In this document: positions 51,563 to 64,000 of the stretch, in pieces
Layout of the letters: every line of letters starts with the position of its first letter
How positions within the stretch are numbered: position 1 is the stretch's first letter
Assembly: GCA_051294905.1 (NCBI GenBank)
Contig: CM119373.1
Location: forward strand, 2,668,001-2,732,000
From: Botryllus schlosseri
Lineage: Eukaryota
Length of the DNA: 64,000 nt
Direction: 5' to 3'
The notes under the pieces: model-generated
What the model saw: the letters and a program-made list of their open reading frames with translations, nothing else
What the model was told of the DNA's origin: nothing
The model's database searches: none
Program-made: the position numbers and the translations under genes

Positions 51563-52662
51563 TACATCCGATCCGTATCATCAAGTTTATTTTCCTTATC
51601 CCAAATTTCTCATTAATCCTCCATGTACTACCATTACAACTGATAACGTCATGGAGCTTATACTCACGTTATGGCGTCTCTCATTTGCAAATAACAGAAC
51701 CATATTCCCGAATGTCGGAACGTCGGATTGCTGCACGCCCCATTTCAACACAGGCCAAGCTCAATTCTATTTGAATATTGTTGCTATCGAGGTAGCTTAC
51801 GATAACCTTAAATCCACTTATCCACTCTTAGGCTTGCCTAAAATAGGATAATTTTTATTCAGACGACTAAGACGACAGTAGAATTGTTACCTTTGGGTTT
51901 CATGATGTTTTACACTTCCTTGGTAGTTGCAGGCAAAAGTTACAGATACAATGCGCAACAAATGTTACAAGAACAGGCACGAAAACAACAAATTAAATTT
52001 GCTTCTCAGATTCAGCCCATGAATACTTTGCGGTTCTTTCTCACGCCATTGTCGACTGTGGTACAGAAGACCAACAGGTGACGAGCGCCACTTATCTTTT
52101 CCTTCAATTAGCAACCACAACAACAACAACTTTGCGGTTCCTTAACTTTTCCCAGTAAGGAAGGATCATTTTTCTCGAGTTCGTGATATAGTTCTGAGGA
52201 ATTACTATTGAAATCATCAATGAACAAGATTCTTGAAACAGATCCAACTCGTAGGTATGGTATACGCTCGAACTTGCACCAGAAAATTGCGACATATCCT
52301 CGAAAGTACACACACTCAGAACGTCGAACAATGTTTGCAGTTACAATCAAGAAGGTAGAGCTGGTGTGGCAATTTTTGAAAAACCTTTTGTAAATCAGCA
52401 ATTCAGCATGTTTCATGACAACAGTAAATTTTGGAAATAAATACGTCTCCCATGAAAGTATTGTTGGACATATAAGCAACTAACTCGAAATGCGAAAAGA
52501 GGACGGTTGGGCATATTTCAACGTCCTCGGCGAACCATTCACTCTTCTCAGGAAAAGAGGACAATTCCTCCTAAAAGCCATCTGTTATGCCAACTACACT
52601 AAGAAGAACCAAGGTAGGGCTAAATATGGGTTGCCACTCTGGCTACGTCTATGCCCGTAGAG

Positions 52663-53402
52663 CAGTGGTTGTCAAACTGGGGGGGGCGCGAAGTCGTGTG
52701 AAAGAATTTAATTTTCTCCAATTCGGAATAAGTTTAATCTCTGCTGACACTTCCAAGTTCCAACAACACCGAAAATCCCTAGTAATTTGCGATTTAAACG
52801 TCATATAGTTGCGCTGTACCATCCAGACACTTATGCTAGATTGTGACCGACACCGGAACTTGCTTCGATCAGAAGATGTCTCTGAAGTATGAGGAGCTGT
52901 TCAATGCGTTTAGGTGTTAGCTGGTGCTTTTATTGTCTGTCTGATGAGCATTTGTGCAGTGTGCGTAGAAAGACACAAAGTTCTGGAGAAATAAGATATT
53001 TCCTTAAAAGATCATGTCATATGCATTGTATAAAATTCCTAAGCTAATAGTCGGGTACGTTTGAGCAAAACCCAAGTCAGGAAATAGAATGCATTAAAAA
53101 CCAAAATCGCTAAAATATTGATACGCAACGTGATACCATTGCACGGGAATATACTTTTGACAAATTGTTCAACAGAAAAAAAATTTACCGTATGGCGCGA
53201 TTTAGCTTCAGATCATAATTGTTACTCTGTGGATAGACTGAGTTTCATATTTGGGAAGTCTCTCAACAGTCATATAACGTTCCATGCCTACAGACTATGC
53301 GTTGGTATTGCATTACGGATGCTCTTAGTTATTTATTATGGCGATAAGGGGGGCGAGACAGTTTTCATCAATATCGCGTCTAAAAAAGTTTGAGAACCAC
53401 TG
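52663..53402. mobile_element. Charlie-like hAT non-autonomous element
   Basis: CAGTGGTTGTCAAAC...GTTTGAGAACCACTG. Confidence 0.75.
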
Positions 53403-53989
53403 ACGGATGATTTTGCACAATGCAAAACGTGACTGATATCCTGCCGTGAACAGTGAACATATCGCACGATATTAAAATCCTTACGTCTCAGCGAAGCACT
53501 GTCCAAATATTTGCAACCGCCACTGACAGCCGAATCTAATCAGCTCGACAGCGCTCGACAGGCTGCTGAATTCTTTACATCGCTTGTTACGGTCGAAAAA
53601 TGAATTTGGAGGGGCTGTGTTATCTATAGTCCCATCACAGTTCGTCCAGCGTTATACAGAAACAAGGCGGGAATATTCTGGAGCACTATGATTGGAGTTG
53701 ACGAGTACTCGAATCTGAATCAAGTAATATTTTTAATGATTCGTGTCGAGTATTGAAATATGATATATTCGATTACAGAAACGATACGATCCTTGATAAT
53801 TTTACAGCGTTAATTATAGTTTTTATAATTTTTTGCGCAACTACCATTGAACGTGCTGGAAACGATGTGTGCCTAGCTATCCTGTGTTTAGTGGTGGTGT
53901 GTTCATGCTAACTCGTGCAGAGCTCGAAATTAATACCAGCCATCCATGAATTCTCACTCAGCTTTAGCTCAAAAAATATTTTATTGCAA

Positions 53990-55225
53990 CGAAGCATTTC
54001 ACAAACTGGGACAGAATTACAATCCTAGCGAAACAGTTGTTTTCACAAATTAGATTCTAATTAGAGCAAAGAAAATTTTCAAAAATTGGGATAGAATTAC
54101 AATCTTAGCAACACAGTTGTGTTCACAAATTAGATTCTAATTAGAGCAAAGAAACATATCACAAATTGGTGCAGAATCAGAATTATAGCAACACAGTTGC
54201 AACCACAAATTAGATTCTAATTAGAGCAAAGGAACACTTCAAAAATTGGGATAGAATTACAATACTAGCAACACAGTTGTTTTCACAAATTAGATTCTGA
54301 TTAGAGCAAAGAAGCATTTCACAAATTGGGATAGAATTACAATCCTAGCGAAACAGTTGTGTTCACAAATTAGATTCTAATTAGAGCAGTTTTCACAAAT
54401 AAAATTTAATTAGAGCAAAGAAGCATTTCAAAAATTGGTATAGAATTAGAATTATAGCGACACAGTTGATTTCACAAATTAGATTCTAATTAGAGCAAAG
54501 AAACATTTCACAAATTGGTGTAGAATTAGAATTATAGCAACACAGTTGCAACCACAAATTACATTTGAATCAGAGCAAGGAAACATTTCAGAAATTGGGA
54601 TAGAATTAGAATCTTAGCGACACAGTTGCTTTCACAAATTAGAGCAAAGAAACATTCCACAAATTAGGGTAGAGTTACAATCCTAGCGACACAGTTGTTT
54701 TCACAAATTAGATTCTAATTAGAGCAAAGAAACATTTCAAAAATTGGTGTAGAATTAGAATTATAGCGACACGGTTGCTATCACAAATTAGATTTGAATC
54801 AGAGCAAATAAAGATTTTACAAATTGGAGCAAAATTAGAATTATATAGTTACAGTTGTTTTCAAAAATTATATTGGAATTAGAATAATTACTACAGTATT
54901 TTTTCCGAATTAGAGTAGAATCCGAATTATAGCTAGTTTTTATTTTAAAATTAGAGTCGAATTAGAATTACAGCCACAGTTGTTTTCTAAATTAGATTCG
55001 ATTGAGAGCAAAGAAACATTTCATAAGTTAGAGTATCACCAGAATTATAGTAGCACAGTTCTTTTTACAAATTATAGTGGAATTGGATCGATAGCTACAC
55101 TGTTTTTCCAAATTAGAGTACAATTAGAATTTTGGGTTCAGTTGTTTTCACAAATTAGATTCGAATGAGAGAGACGAAGCACTTCAAAATTTAGATTACA
55201 ATAAGAATTTTAGCTACACAGTTTT
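53990..55225. repeat. Degenerate minisatellite, 80-bp unit built from two ~40-bp subunits
   Basis: TTAGAGCAAA at 54061, 54141, 54221 and 54301 (period 80). The core TTTCACAAATT recurs about every 40 bp. Confidence 0.9.
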
Positions 55226-56036
55226 TCACTAATTAGACAGATAGACCACAACAAGATTGTGTAGTTGTCCAAGTCAGCAAACGATATCAAAATCATCACT
55301 TGGATTTCTGAAATCTGCTCATAAAACAGAGAAGCTTGTTTGATTGAAACCCGAAATTTTTGTCTCCAATCAGGACATACTGTAAAAATGACAGTATCTG
55401 GAAAACTTTTGGATATGCGAGGTCCCAAACATAATAACACGCGAGAAGATCAAGTACTATCTCAAATAGTTCCGCTTTAGTGTGAGAAGATCCCTCTATG
55501 CGGATGCCATTCGCAACGATCCATGACTGCAGGTCACCATTTTCATGGTGCGCTAGTACGAGATGTGGGGGACTCAGCTTTGTGGATGTTAATTCGACGG
55601 AATGGGCCTGGAATTAAACAAGATATGTTAATTAAAATTATATTGCCAATAATCCATGTGTGAAAGCACAAGATTTAGATTAGGTATAGAAATGCTTTTA
55701 TGGGACTTCTCCATAATGAATATGTAATAAAAATACAGCTGAAGGGTCAACATAGTTTAACAAGCTCAACTCATGGAAACAAGTGATCACAAATTCTGTC
55801 GTCACGGTATGCTATCTAATCGTTGACATCTATGGGTTCTTCCACGTAATCAGATATCTTATGTAAATGAGTACTTGAACATATGAAGTCCTGATTACTG
55901 TCGATGGTAAACCATAAACTAGTAAATTTACTAAGATTTAATGATCCATTCAGATTTGATCAGTATACCATCATACAGATACCTTTTGGAACGGCAAAAG
56001 TAGTATGTTCACATTCACTTATTCTATGCTCTATAT

Positions 56037-57086
56037 CAGTGGTCCCCAACCGTTTTCCACCCACGTACCACTTCGAGGTGTTATTAGGTGCTTGCGTACT
56101 ACCTACATAATTTATGCACGCCGTAGGCGGTCAAAATGTTTTCACTGTTCATGATATCATACTCACGTATTTGAGCTTTGTGACTTGCAATAACTAGGGC
56201 GAGTTTTTTACCTAAAATCGGAAGATTTTGACCTAAAAAAAACTTGATTTTGACCAATTTTTGACATCATGTACGCCAATTAGGCGTTTTCGCACATAAT
56301 GTTGTATTCATTCCTGGTAGGGAGTGGGACTGTCTGTCCTTACGAAAAAGCGTTCTTGACCTAAAAACTGACAAATTTTGACATGAAAAAACTTTATTTT
56401 AACGATATCTGGCCCAGTAGTTACACCACGTATTATGGTAGAGTTAATTAAAATTTGTTGTAGGACAACGAAAGATACTTTCCTACATTCTCGGGTAGAA
56501 AGTGTTTGTCTTTACTAAGTAGCTTGCCAAGAATGGAGAAATTACGTTTAACAGCAGTAGTTGTTGGCTGGCAACACTGAAGCTGTGCGTACACTGCTGG
56601 TGACACAACATGTTGCTTCATACTGTCAATGTTGTCATGCATCACAATTTGTCATCATGCGCTTCTTGATAAAATAACCATGCAATGTCAAGCAGTCTTG
56701 CTTCAGTTAGGATATTGCGGTACGTTGAGCATAACACCATGTCAATTGTCAACCTATTTGATTAGTTTAACAGTTTATGATCCACGATGAGCAGACAATG
56801 GGCCGCCTACAACGGTAGGCCTATAAAGTGAGCAACAAACTGGAAAACGCTCAATTTTATAAAGCAAAATCGCCCTAGTAATAACAAATATTAAAGTAGG
56901 CATTATCAGCACGGCTTGATGAGATGCATGGAATTGTTTTTTCACCACTAGTCAAAAAAATTCAAAATCAAACCCACTAAGCTAATAACTTCCTTCGGTC
57001 GAAAAAAAAACTGAATGTACTCGCGTACCACCTGGAAGACCCTCGCGTGCCCTAGTGGTACGCGTACTACAGGTTGAGAACCACTG
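56037..57086 (-). mobile_element. Internally deleted hAT element with transposase C-terminal remnant
   Basis: CAGTGGTCCCCAACC...GGTTGAGAACCACTG. TSD CTCTATAT/GTCTATAT. 56448-56645 (-) reads CQPTTTAVKRNFSILGKLL, a decayed PxTSxxVERSFS motif. Confidence 0.85.
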
Positions 57087-58307
57087 GTCTATATCCATGG
57101 TAGCCAGCATCATGGACTCAAAATTCAGGACTACCGTACCAATAATTACATTAGCAGCAGAAAAGATTTTTCATGGTGTGGAAAGAAAACGATTTTACGA
57201 CTCATTCTAACTTTATCCTTATCAAAAATATGATGTAATTCAAAAATATTTAATAATCATTTATTGTTCGGAAGCCTTTTTTAAGTTTGAGTATATTTAT
57301 TGCACCGTCACAACGCATAGTCAATCTAAACATAGGCATATTTTCAGCACCCAAAAACAATTATGCCACATTTTTGCGGCTAAATGTGAACTCAGCAGAC
57401 CCCGAATTAAAACAAATGTTTGTGGCGTAACTCGGAAATTAACAGACCGCGAATTAGAACTAACTCTACATGCGCCCATGTTAATCCACCAAATTTTCAG
57501 ACAACTAGCGGTACTTTTGTGACGGTCTGTAAAGTTCGAACTTGTGCCAAATCCTGCCATGTAAAACGTTTGAGATGTTATGGAAAACGCCGAACAATGC
57601 TTGCTGAAAATCAGGACAAGAGTTAATATCAGTACAAGTTAAGACGTTATGGTAAATGTATGTTCATTGTTCACACAGTACCAGGTTAAGCAAGCCGCAA
57701 ATCTTACAACCTACCTGATAAAGCCTAATCGCCCTCAAATCATGCTGTGCCCTGATTCTCTTTTCAGTTAACGCGTTTTGTAACTCCATCAGGAGCATAA
57801 CCTCATCGGCTTTTCCTCCCTACAAATAAATACAATCATATTAGCCATGTAGAAGATTTGGTGAAGGACTTTCCAGGTATTGCATTTCGGTTCATATGAT
57901 GGCAAGAGTTGTGCCGCAACAATATTTAATATATACAATATAAAATTGCAACAAAAATTAACGCGACTATCATAACTAATATGCATTCTAGTATAGTTCA
58001 TTATTACAAACCTCTTCATCTGTCACTACTCCAAATATTTTTTCAAGAGTAGTAAGCATTTCGCAATACCTATCACGCATCTCTTCTACACTCCTCGGAA
58101 CGAGCATTTGAAACTCCGCTCTGATCTATTACAAAAGTAAAGCATTACCATAGAAGCGACTAGTAGTGAGCAGAGCATGCATACACACTTCTATAGGTTA
58201 TATTATAGAAATTAAACATGGAACGGCAACGACCGATTTTGCAGCTTCGTTCCGCTTCGCCGAGGCTGGAGTGGAGAATTGTTTTGCGTAAGCGACTGTA
58301 GGATTTC

Positions 58308-60176
58308 CAGGGTTGTAATGACTCGAGTCATGACTCGACTCGAGTCAGACTCGAGTCACGATTTTTTTGTGACTCGACTTGACTCGAGTCATTTTCTTGA
58401 AATGGAAAAATGACTCGACTCGACTCGAGTCAATATTTGGATTGACTCGACTTGTACTCGAGTCATTACGCATGACTCGACTCAAGTCATTGATTCGGCT
58501 TATTTTATATGACTTGAAGGTGAATAAATTTGCGAATCACAATCGAAGCAAAGTTCAATTAGAGCCAATGAAATGACTCAGATGGCCAAGTAGCCTACTT
58601 GGAAGAGACTGGTAAGCTCATGTGTAGATTTGAAGGCGATGATTCTTTTCATTTTTGGGCGACTAGAATGGATGAGTATCTAATGCTCTTCAGTGTGGTT
58701 CAAAAACGCTTTTCAATTCCTGCATCCAATGCACCAGTGAGACGTGTATCCAGTGGATGTGGATTATTCTAAGGCCATGCCGCTTTAACATACAGGAGAA
58801 TCTCCTTTCACTTTAGTATTTTTAAATGTAACTCATTGATGTGATATGCTGTCTGTGAAAACACTCAATACCCTTCGTCCATTTGACGTTTTGTTAGGTA
58901 TGTGCATTGCATTGAGTGATAATGAATGGCTAATGTTGTGTGATGTTCGTACAATAGGGCTGATCAAAAATAACTTTTTTTCTACTGGGTGGCTACTTGA
59001 TCAAATTGTTACGTTGCATAAAAAGAACACTGAATCTGGCTTGATTTTAAAAAGTAGAATCAATGATGTGAGAGGAGAAAATTTTGGATTTGAAAATAAA
59101 GGGAGTATTTTTAGTGATAAATGCTTTCATATAATATAGTTACATACAATTACATACTAGTAGTAAGCCGACTATTTTTTCTTATCCAAAATATTCCACT
59201 CTAATAATTTCGCTTGTTCTAGTTGGAATTGAGCCAAATTTGCTATGAATCATATTTTTTAACAATCTAACAATATCATGAGGTAGCCGGTAAAATTCGA
59301 AAGTCTCTATTTGTAATTAATCCAAACTATTTTGGCATTGCTTTGTACTGGTTGGAATTGAGCTAAATTTAAGTTCTTTTTAGAAAATCTAACAAATTCA
59401 ACAAAGTATCCTCCTTTTATAGATTTTGTACTAATTTTTGAGAATTTTTGGTAAATGTTAGGCAAATTCGACTAAGATAACAGTAAATCAGCACTAAAGT
59501 AACGCTCTGGCGACTATTTCGGGAGCTGAGCAAGAAAGTTGACCTTTTTCTGGTCAACAATCTGATAATGTGAAAGCAAAACTGTACCTCTACATAAACG
59601 TTTATCTGTTGATTCTCTACCAGCTTGTATCTAGACGTGAATTCGTTGGTTCCCTATCAGATAGTATGTAGACGTTTATTCGTTAATTATCTATAAGCTA
59701 TTTGTGAGCGGTCGTCGATGTGCTCGTAATAAAAACTGAATTCTTGTATTTGTGATATATCAGAATGACAAGACAGATATTTGATTTAAAGTTCTAAGAT
59801 TAGTAAAGTTATCGTATTGGCGGCCTGTCTCGTCTATGTCTGCAGCATCGGTAATTGAGGCCAGGAACTGTCCGTTATCTGCCTAAATAAACATGTGCCA
59901 AGACTATGATAGAGACAAAATAAGCATGTTTGACAAGCAAGCAATTCGATATCACCCAAGTAGGATTGAAACATAAGTTGAACATGACTTCAATACTGTG
60001 ACTTGGACTCGGACTCGAGTCATAACACTATGACTCGGACTTGACCCTTAAAACGGTGGCTTGGACTCGGACTCGACTCGGTGATGAATTGAAAATGACT
60101 CGACTTGACTCGAGTCAAAACCACAAAAGTAAGATTGACTCGTGACTCGGAACCATGTGACTTGGTTACAACCCTG
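58308..60176 (+). mobile_element. hAT element with GACTCGAGTC subterminal repeats and decayed dimerisation-domain remnant
   Basis: CAGGGTTGTAA...TTACAACCCTG. Perfect TSD AGGATTTC at 58300-58307 and 60177-60184. Around 58680-58770 it reads FSIPASNAPVRRVSSGCG. Confidence 0.92.
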
Positions 60177-60478
60177 AGGATTTCTGGCAATCCAAAAGCT
60201 ATCTTCCCGAGGGAAAAATTTCTGAATTTGGTCTTGATCGAAAGCTACTGTTGCACCGATTCCAAAAATATAAATTAAAATAATGATCAGGCACTGATCC
60301 ACCTAGAATCTGCCCTCCAAATCTGAAATATCGGCATTGTTCAGATCAAATGATTTTCAGTATTACTTCTCAAAAAAACTATCACAAAAGTTGAGGAATC
60401 TCCGACAAAAGGCAAAAGCGTCTGGCGAGTCTTCATGCTTGAGTTCACCAAAATTGTGTTCAAGCACACACATTGTGT

Positions 60479-62611
60479 TCATGCACTTCTGGCCGATAAA
60501 ATATGTTCACAATCAGAATTTGAAATGTGGTTTTCAATCTCTGGTACGTCAGCTCTGGGAATTTCAGAGGTTTCATAAAGACTTATAATCGGTTCCAAAT
60601 AATTAGTCTTCTTTTCCCCTTTTTTGTCAATCATTTGAATACACATCCAACGTTGATGATAATAGCTCAAACTCAGGGCTAAATTTTTGAAATTATACCA
60701 TCTTTTTGATTTAAAAAAGCCATTCTTTGCTTCGAATCTCATTGCCCATTGCATCCGCAAGGGCCCAAACTGCCTCATTTGTTCTGGGAAGTGGACCAGA
60801 TAGTGTAGTTTGGGAGTGAATGGCAAATCAGGGTACAGGCGTATGATTTCTACATTATGAACAGCAATCAGATATTTGAGATCAACGTAAGTTTCCTCAG
60901 ACACTACAGTAGATAATGAGAGCTGAAGTATTTGAAGTAACCTTAGCAAATTCAACCAATGATCATTCATTTCAGAAATATCTGGCCCAATAATGAAAGG
61001 CAGAGCTTGAAGCAATACAAGCATATTAGAAGCAGTTTGCGGAAAATTCGCAGTTGGTTGCAAGTGTTTTCTCTCTATCATTTGAGGTCGATCTTTACGG
61101 TCAGACTTACTATACTCAAAGTTCCGAAGCTGGCTGTTCAGTCGAGCAAGTGTCAATGTGCCATCTTCAATTTCATGTACTAAAAATGCCTTCAACTCCA
61201 TTTTCACTATCCCCTCAAGCAATATGTGCATTGCATCATGGACCATACATTTGGTCACATCAAAATAAGGTATTTCTGATAAGAAAGTTCTCTCATTAAC
61301 ATCAAGTTCACGAGACATTGCGATTCGGTTTTGAGCACTCTCACATTGTTCAAGAGCCTGCAAACTATTTTCATGTTGGCTTTTGTTTCGAATTGGGCAC
61401 TGCTCATGTGTATAATAAATCGAGAGATCTTGTTTAGCAACATTGCATGTGCGACATGGCTTAAAAGCTCCTCCAACACCTTCTTTGAAGTCAGCTAGTA
61501 GTTGAGCAGCCGGGGTGTCGCCAACACAAAACAGAAGGTAGCCATGTACTATTTTTTTTATACCTTTCACTGTGAGAGTAACATCTTTTGACATTTGCTG
61601 CATCGCGTCACAAAAATCCTTCAAAAGCGCATTACGACCAGAAAAGTCTTTCAAATCAATAGATTTTGCAATGCACAAGAGCTGGATACTATCAAGTTCA
61701 CTACGGCATTCCGGTGGAATGTTCAGAAGGGACCAGTAAAATGCAGACATTTTATGCTTTTTGCGATAAGCTCCGATAGGATTCACTATTTCAAATTCAT
61801 CATGATAAAGTGCAAACATGAGGCTATCAGCATTTTTAGTAATCCCTGCATGCGATTCGACATATTTTCCTTGTGTAACATCATTCATTATGCCATTGGC
61901 ACATAGCGTATTTGCCAATGGCTTGGTAATACTATTCAATAACGCTTCAAGCTGCTTCAGGAATGGAACAAAATAACCCAAGGCAGGTTTTTCAATCAAC
62001 TTATACATTCCACAGGTAAATTCATTTGAGAACCGCATTCCTAAGACGATTTCTTCCTGATCGACTAGGCCAAAATGTTCTCGATAGAATTTGTTTCTTC
62101 CTGCTTTAGATTTCAATACTTCAGGTATCAATCCCTGTTCTCTCAAGTGTTGGGATGTACAAGTGCTGCTATTGGTACTGATTGTTCTACCTACAAGAGG
62201 AAAACAATTAGCACTGTTATTTGACTGGATAATATCTTCGAGTCCGGCATCACTCAATTTATGTAATGTCTGAAGTCGCAGGAATAAAGCTGCTGTTGGT
62301 AAAATCGAAGTTATTTTAGAACAAGGGCCATTGTTTGATTCCTCAGCATTTCCATTTTCACCATTGGAAGCAGGTAACATATCATAGTCAGGAGGAGTAT
62401 ATGCTTCACAGTGGAACAAGTCCGATTTCTTCACATTTTTATGTCTCCTTCTACAATGCCTACAGAGGTCCACATATTTTGGAAAAATTATGCCACAAAT
62501 CCTGCATGATATGACCAGACTCGGATGTTGCGTATGGCGCCGCAATAAGTGTGAAGAGAGCGAATCAGCAGACCCAACAAAGGGGCACAACCAACACGCT
62601 TTATTGGACAT
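60479..62611 (-). CDS. EnSpm/CACTA (CMC)-superfamily transposase with two N-terminal C2H2 zinc fingers, probably C-terminally truncated
   Basis: 710-aa open frame with CWLC..HLLRRH and CRIC..HCRRRH fingers. Motifs HDEFEIVNPIG, HKMSAFY, NIPPECRS, GDTPAA, CRTC, HDAMHILLEG, KLHYLVH, FGPL..W.MRFEAK and NFKN are typical of animal EnSpm-like transposases. Confidence 0.85.
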   Translation of the reverse strand: MSNKACWLCPFVGSADSLSSHLLRRHTQHPSLVISCRICGIIFPKYVDLCRHCRRRHKNVKKSDLFHCEAYTPPDYDMLPASNGENGNAEESNNGPCSKITSILPTAALFLRLQTLHKLSDAGLEDIIQSNNSANCFPLVGRTISTNSSTCTSQHLREQGLIPEVLKSKAGRNKFYREHFGLVDQEEIVLGMRFSNEFTCGMYKLIEKPALGYFVPFLKQLEALLNSITKPLANTLCANGIMNDVTQGKYVESHAGITKNADSLMFALYHDEFEIVNPIGAYRKKHKMSAFYWSLLNIPPECRSELDSIQLLCIAKSIDLKDFSGRNALLKDFCDAMQQMSKDVTLTVKGIKKIVHGYLLFCVGDTPAAQLLADFKEGVGGAFKPCRTCNVAKQDLSIYYTHEQCPIRNKSQHENSLQALEQCESAQNRIAMSRELDVNERTFLSEIPYFDVTKCMVHDAMHILLEGIVKMELKAFLVHEIEDGTLTLARLNSQLRNFEYSKSDRKDRPQMIERKHLQPTANFPQTASNMLVLLQALPFIIGPDISEMNDHWLNLLRLLQILQLSLSTVVSEETYVDLKYLIAVHNVEIIRLYPDLPFTPKLHYLVHFPEQMRQFGPLRMQWAMRFEAKNGFFKSKRWYNFKNLALSLSYYHQRWMCIQMIDKKGEKKTNYLEPIISLYETSEIPRADVPEIENHISNSDCEHILSARSA

Positions 62612-62892
62612 AAAATAGCGAAAATGTCATATAATTGGATAAATGAGTGAGTAACCTGTAAAGCAAGATGCACATAACTTAGTCAAGAATTATAGTTAGA
62701 TCACTAGGCATAAATCACAATTCCACCAACTTAGAGGATTAACTGATATTATGAAACTCAGTTTTGATACTACTGCAGCTTGGTGTAAAAGGCACTCTAC
62801 TTATACTTCTCTCACTGCTTCTTGCTATTATAAGAACCCTCTTAACCACATAATCATAACATATCACATGTTGATATCCTTAAACGAATTAC

Positions 62893-62962
62893 CTTCAATT
62901 AAATCAATGTGTTCTCTCTTAATGCCGTTCGCAATCAAGAACCTCTCCATTCCTTCCGCCAT
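62893..62962 (-). CDS. Putative upstream coding exon of the EnSpm-like element
   Basis: ATAATGG start, MAEGMERFLIANGIKREHIDLIE-G|GTAATT donor. Acceptor TCTTGCTTTACAG ends at 62656. Confidence 0.4.
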
Positions 62963-63487
62963 TATGAAATCCGCGACACGTTCAACTACATCCGCAAAGT
63001 CACTGTACTGCGACTTACCGATCCGTCTACTTATGCGGTGTATTGACCTTTGACCCTGACTGAGTTCCCGCCGTTACCGAGAGAGGTGAAGCGTAAATGA
63101 GAGAGAGAGAGAGAATATATAGGGGTGTTTATTCAGTCAACAGTCAAAAGCAGAATGCACTGATAATAGCCACGCAGGTAACACTAAAAATTACTAACCA
63201 ACGTATTTCAGAATTACATGGTAATGACAATGATTGATTGATTGATTTCTTGATTGCTATACTTCTGATTTGCTACGGCAAATAGTCAATAATGAGGAAA
63301 CGCAATATAATGGAGGCCATAGTCAAAGACAATCATGTGGTGGTAATGATCAATTTATTCTGTCAGTTTGGTAGGAAGATAAAATGATAAGAGAAACGTT
63401 CACAAAACCTGGTAAATGCAAGAAAGCCACACACTAAAATAATGGAGCGACAGTGATGGAAAAGCAGTCCAATTAATGGCTTCTGAG

Positions 63488-63627
63488 CAATGTTCCCCCT
63501 TTGCTGCGCACGTGCACAATTGCGCAGAGTTACGCACACGCCACGGTTACGCACTGTTGTCTAATGGACCACGCAGTGAGTAGGTGAGCGCTTGCTGCAG
63601 ACTCATCAAAAATTAGAGGGAACATTC
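63488..63627. mobile_element. CAATGTTCCC-TIR MITE, copy 3 (internally deleted)
   Basis: TSD CTTCTGAG on both sides. Confidence 0.85.
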
Positions 63628-64000
63628 CTTCTGAGCTATATGTAAACGGGCTATAAAGCACGCATCACTCACAATAAAGTCGTTAATGCCGTTCAACATC
63701 TATTATGGAAATGCTGCATCACTTGAGTGGCTACATCTTACAGCTTATTTCTTCCCCTACAAATAACCCAGCGGGAGCAAACGGGCCCCAGGGTCATTGG
63801 CTTTACTGATGACGTCATGATCGGCACACGAGTGTTGGCTGTATATACCCTGCCTTTGATGATCTGGTAATCCACCAGTGACATTATGATAAGTTTTAGA
63901 AAGCAGCGTTTCCAGCGTCGACCTCACAATCCCTTTCAACCTTACTGATCTCAAAACTCGTGCGGACCAGACTATTAAAATGTATGCGTAAACTCTTTCA

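Noticed and set aside
60048..60302. Minus-strand ORF with a signal-peptide-like N-terminus
   Set aside because: It starts at GTG, runs into a hAT terminal repeat and has no other support.
510..63954. The many 60-135 aa ORFs of the ORF track
   Set aside because: Most start at TTG/GTG, overlap MITEs or lie antisense to transposon ORFs, and show no recognisable domains. Treated as chance ORFs.

Overview
AT-rich eukaryotic (animal) genomic DNA with no operons, rRNA, CRISPR arrays or other prokaryotic features. Short GT-AG introns, a styelin-like signal peptide and the transposon repertoire suggest a marine invertebrate such as an ascidian, but this is inference only. Most of the window is nested transposons: many non-autonomous hAT-type elements with 8-bp TSDs, an EnSpm/CACTA-type transposase ORF (60479-62611, minus strand), an EnSpm-like non-autonomous element, 5'-truncated LINEs, tRNA-derived SINEs and three tandem arrays (139, 259 and 80/40 bp). 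The only host-gene candidates are two paralogous three-exon genes for small secreted peptides (CDS at 16233 and 41594). They lie in an old tandem segmental duplication (about 11.5-21.3 kb versus 37.3-53.7 kb). The reconstructed ancestral precursor is a signal peptide, a W/R/Y-rich cationic region with ARRRRY(Y) repeats, and an acidic tail with repeated (D/E)ESK-GYY cassettes. In both copies the tail now lies in the -1 frame relative to the signal peptide. Copy 1 looks pseudogenised; copy 2 is intact in the shifted frame.
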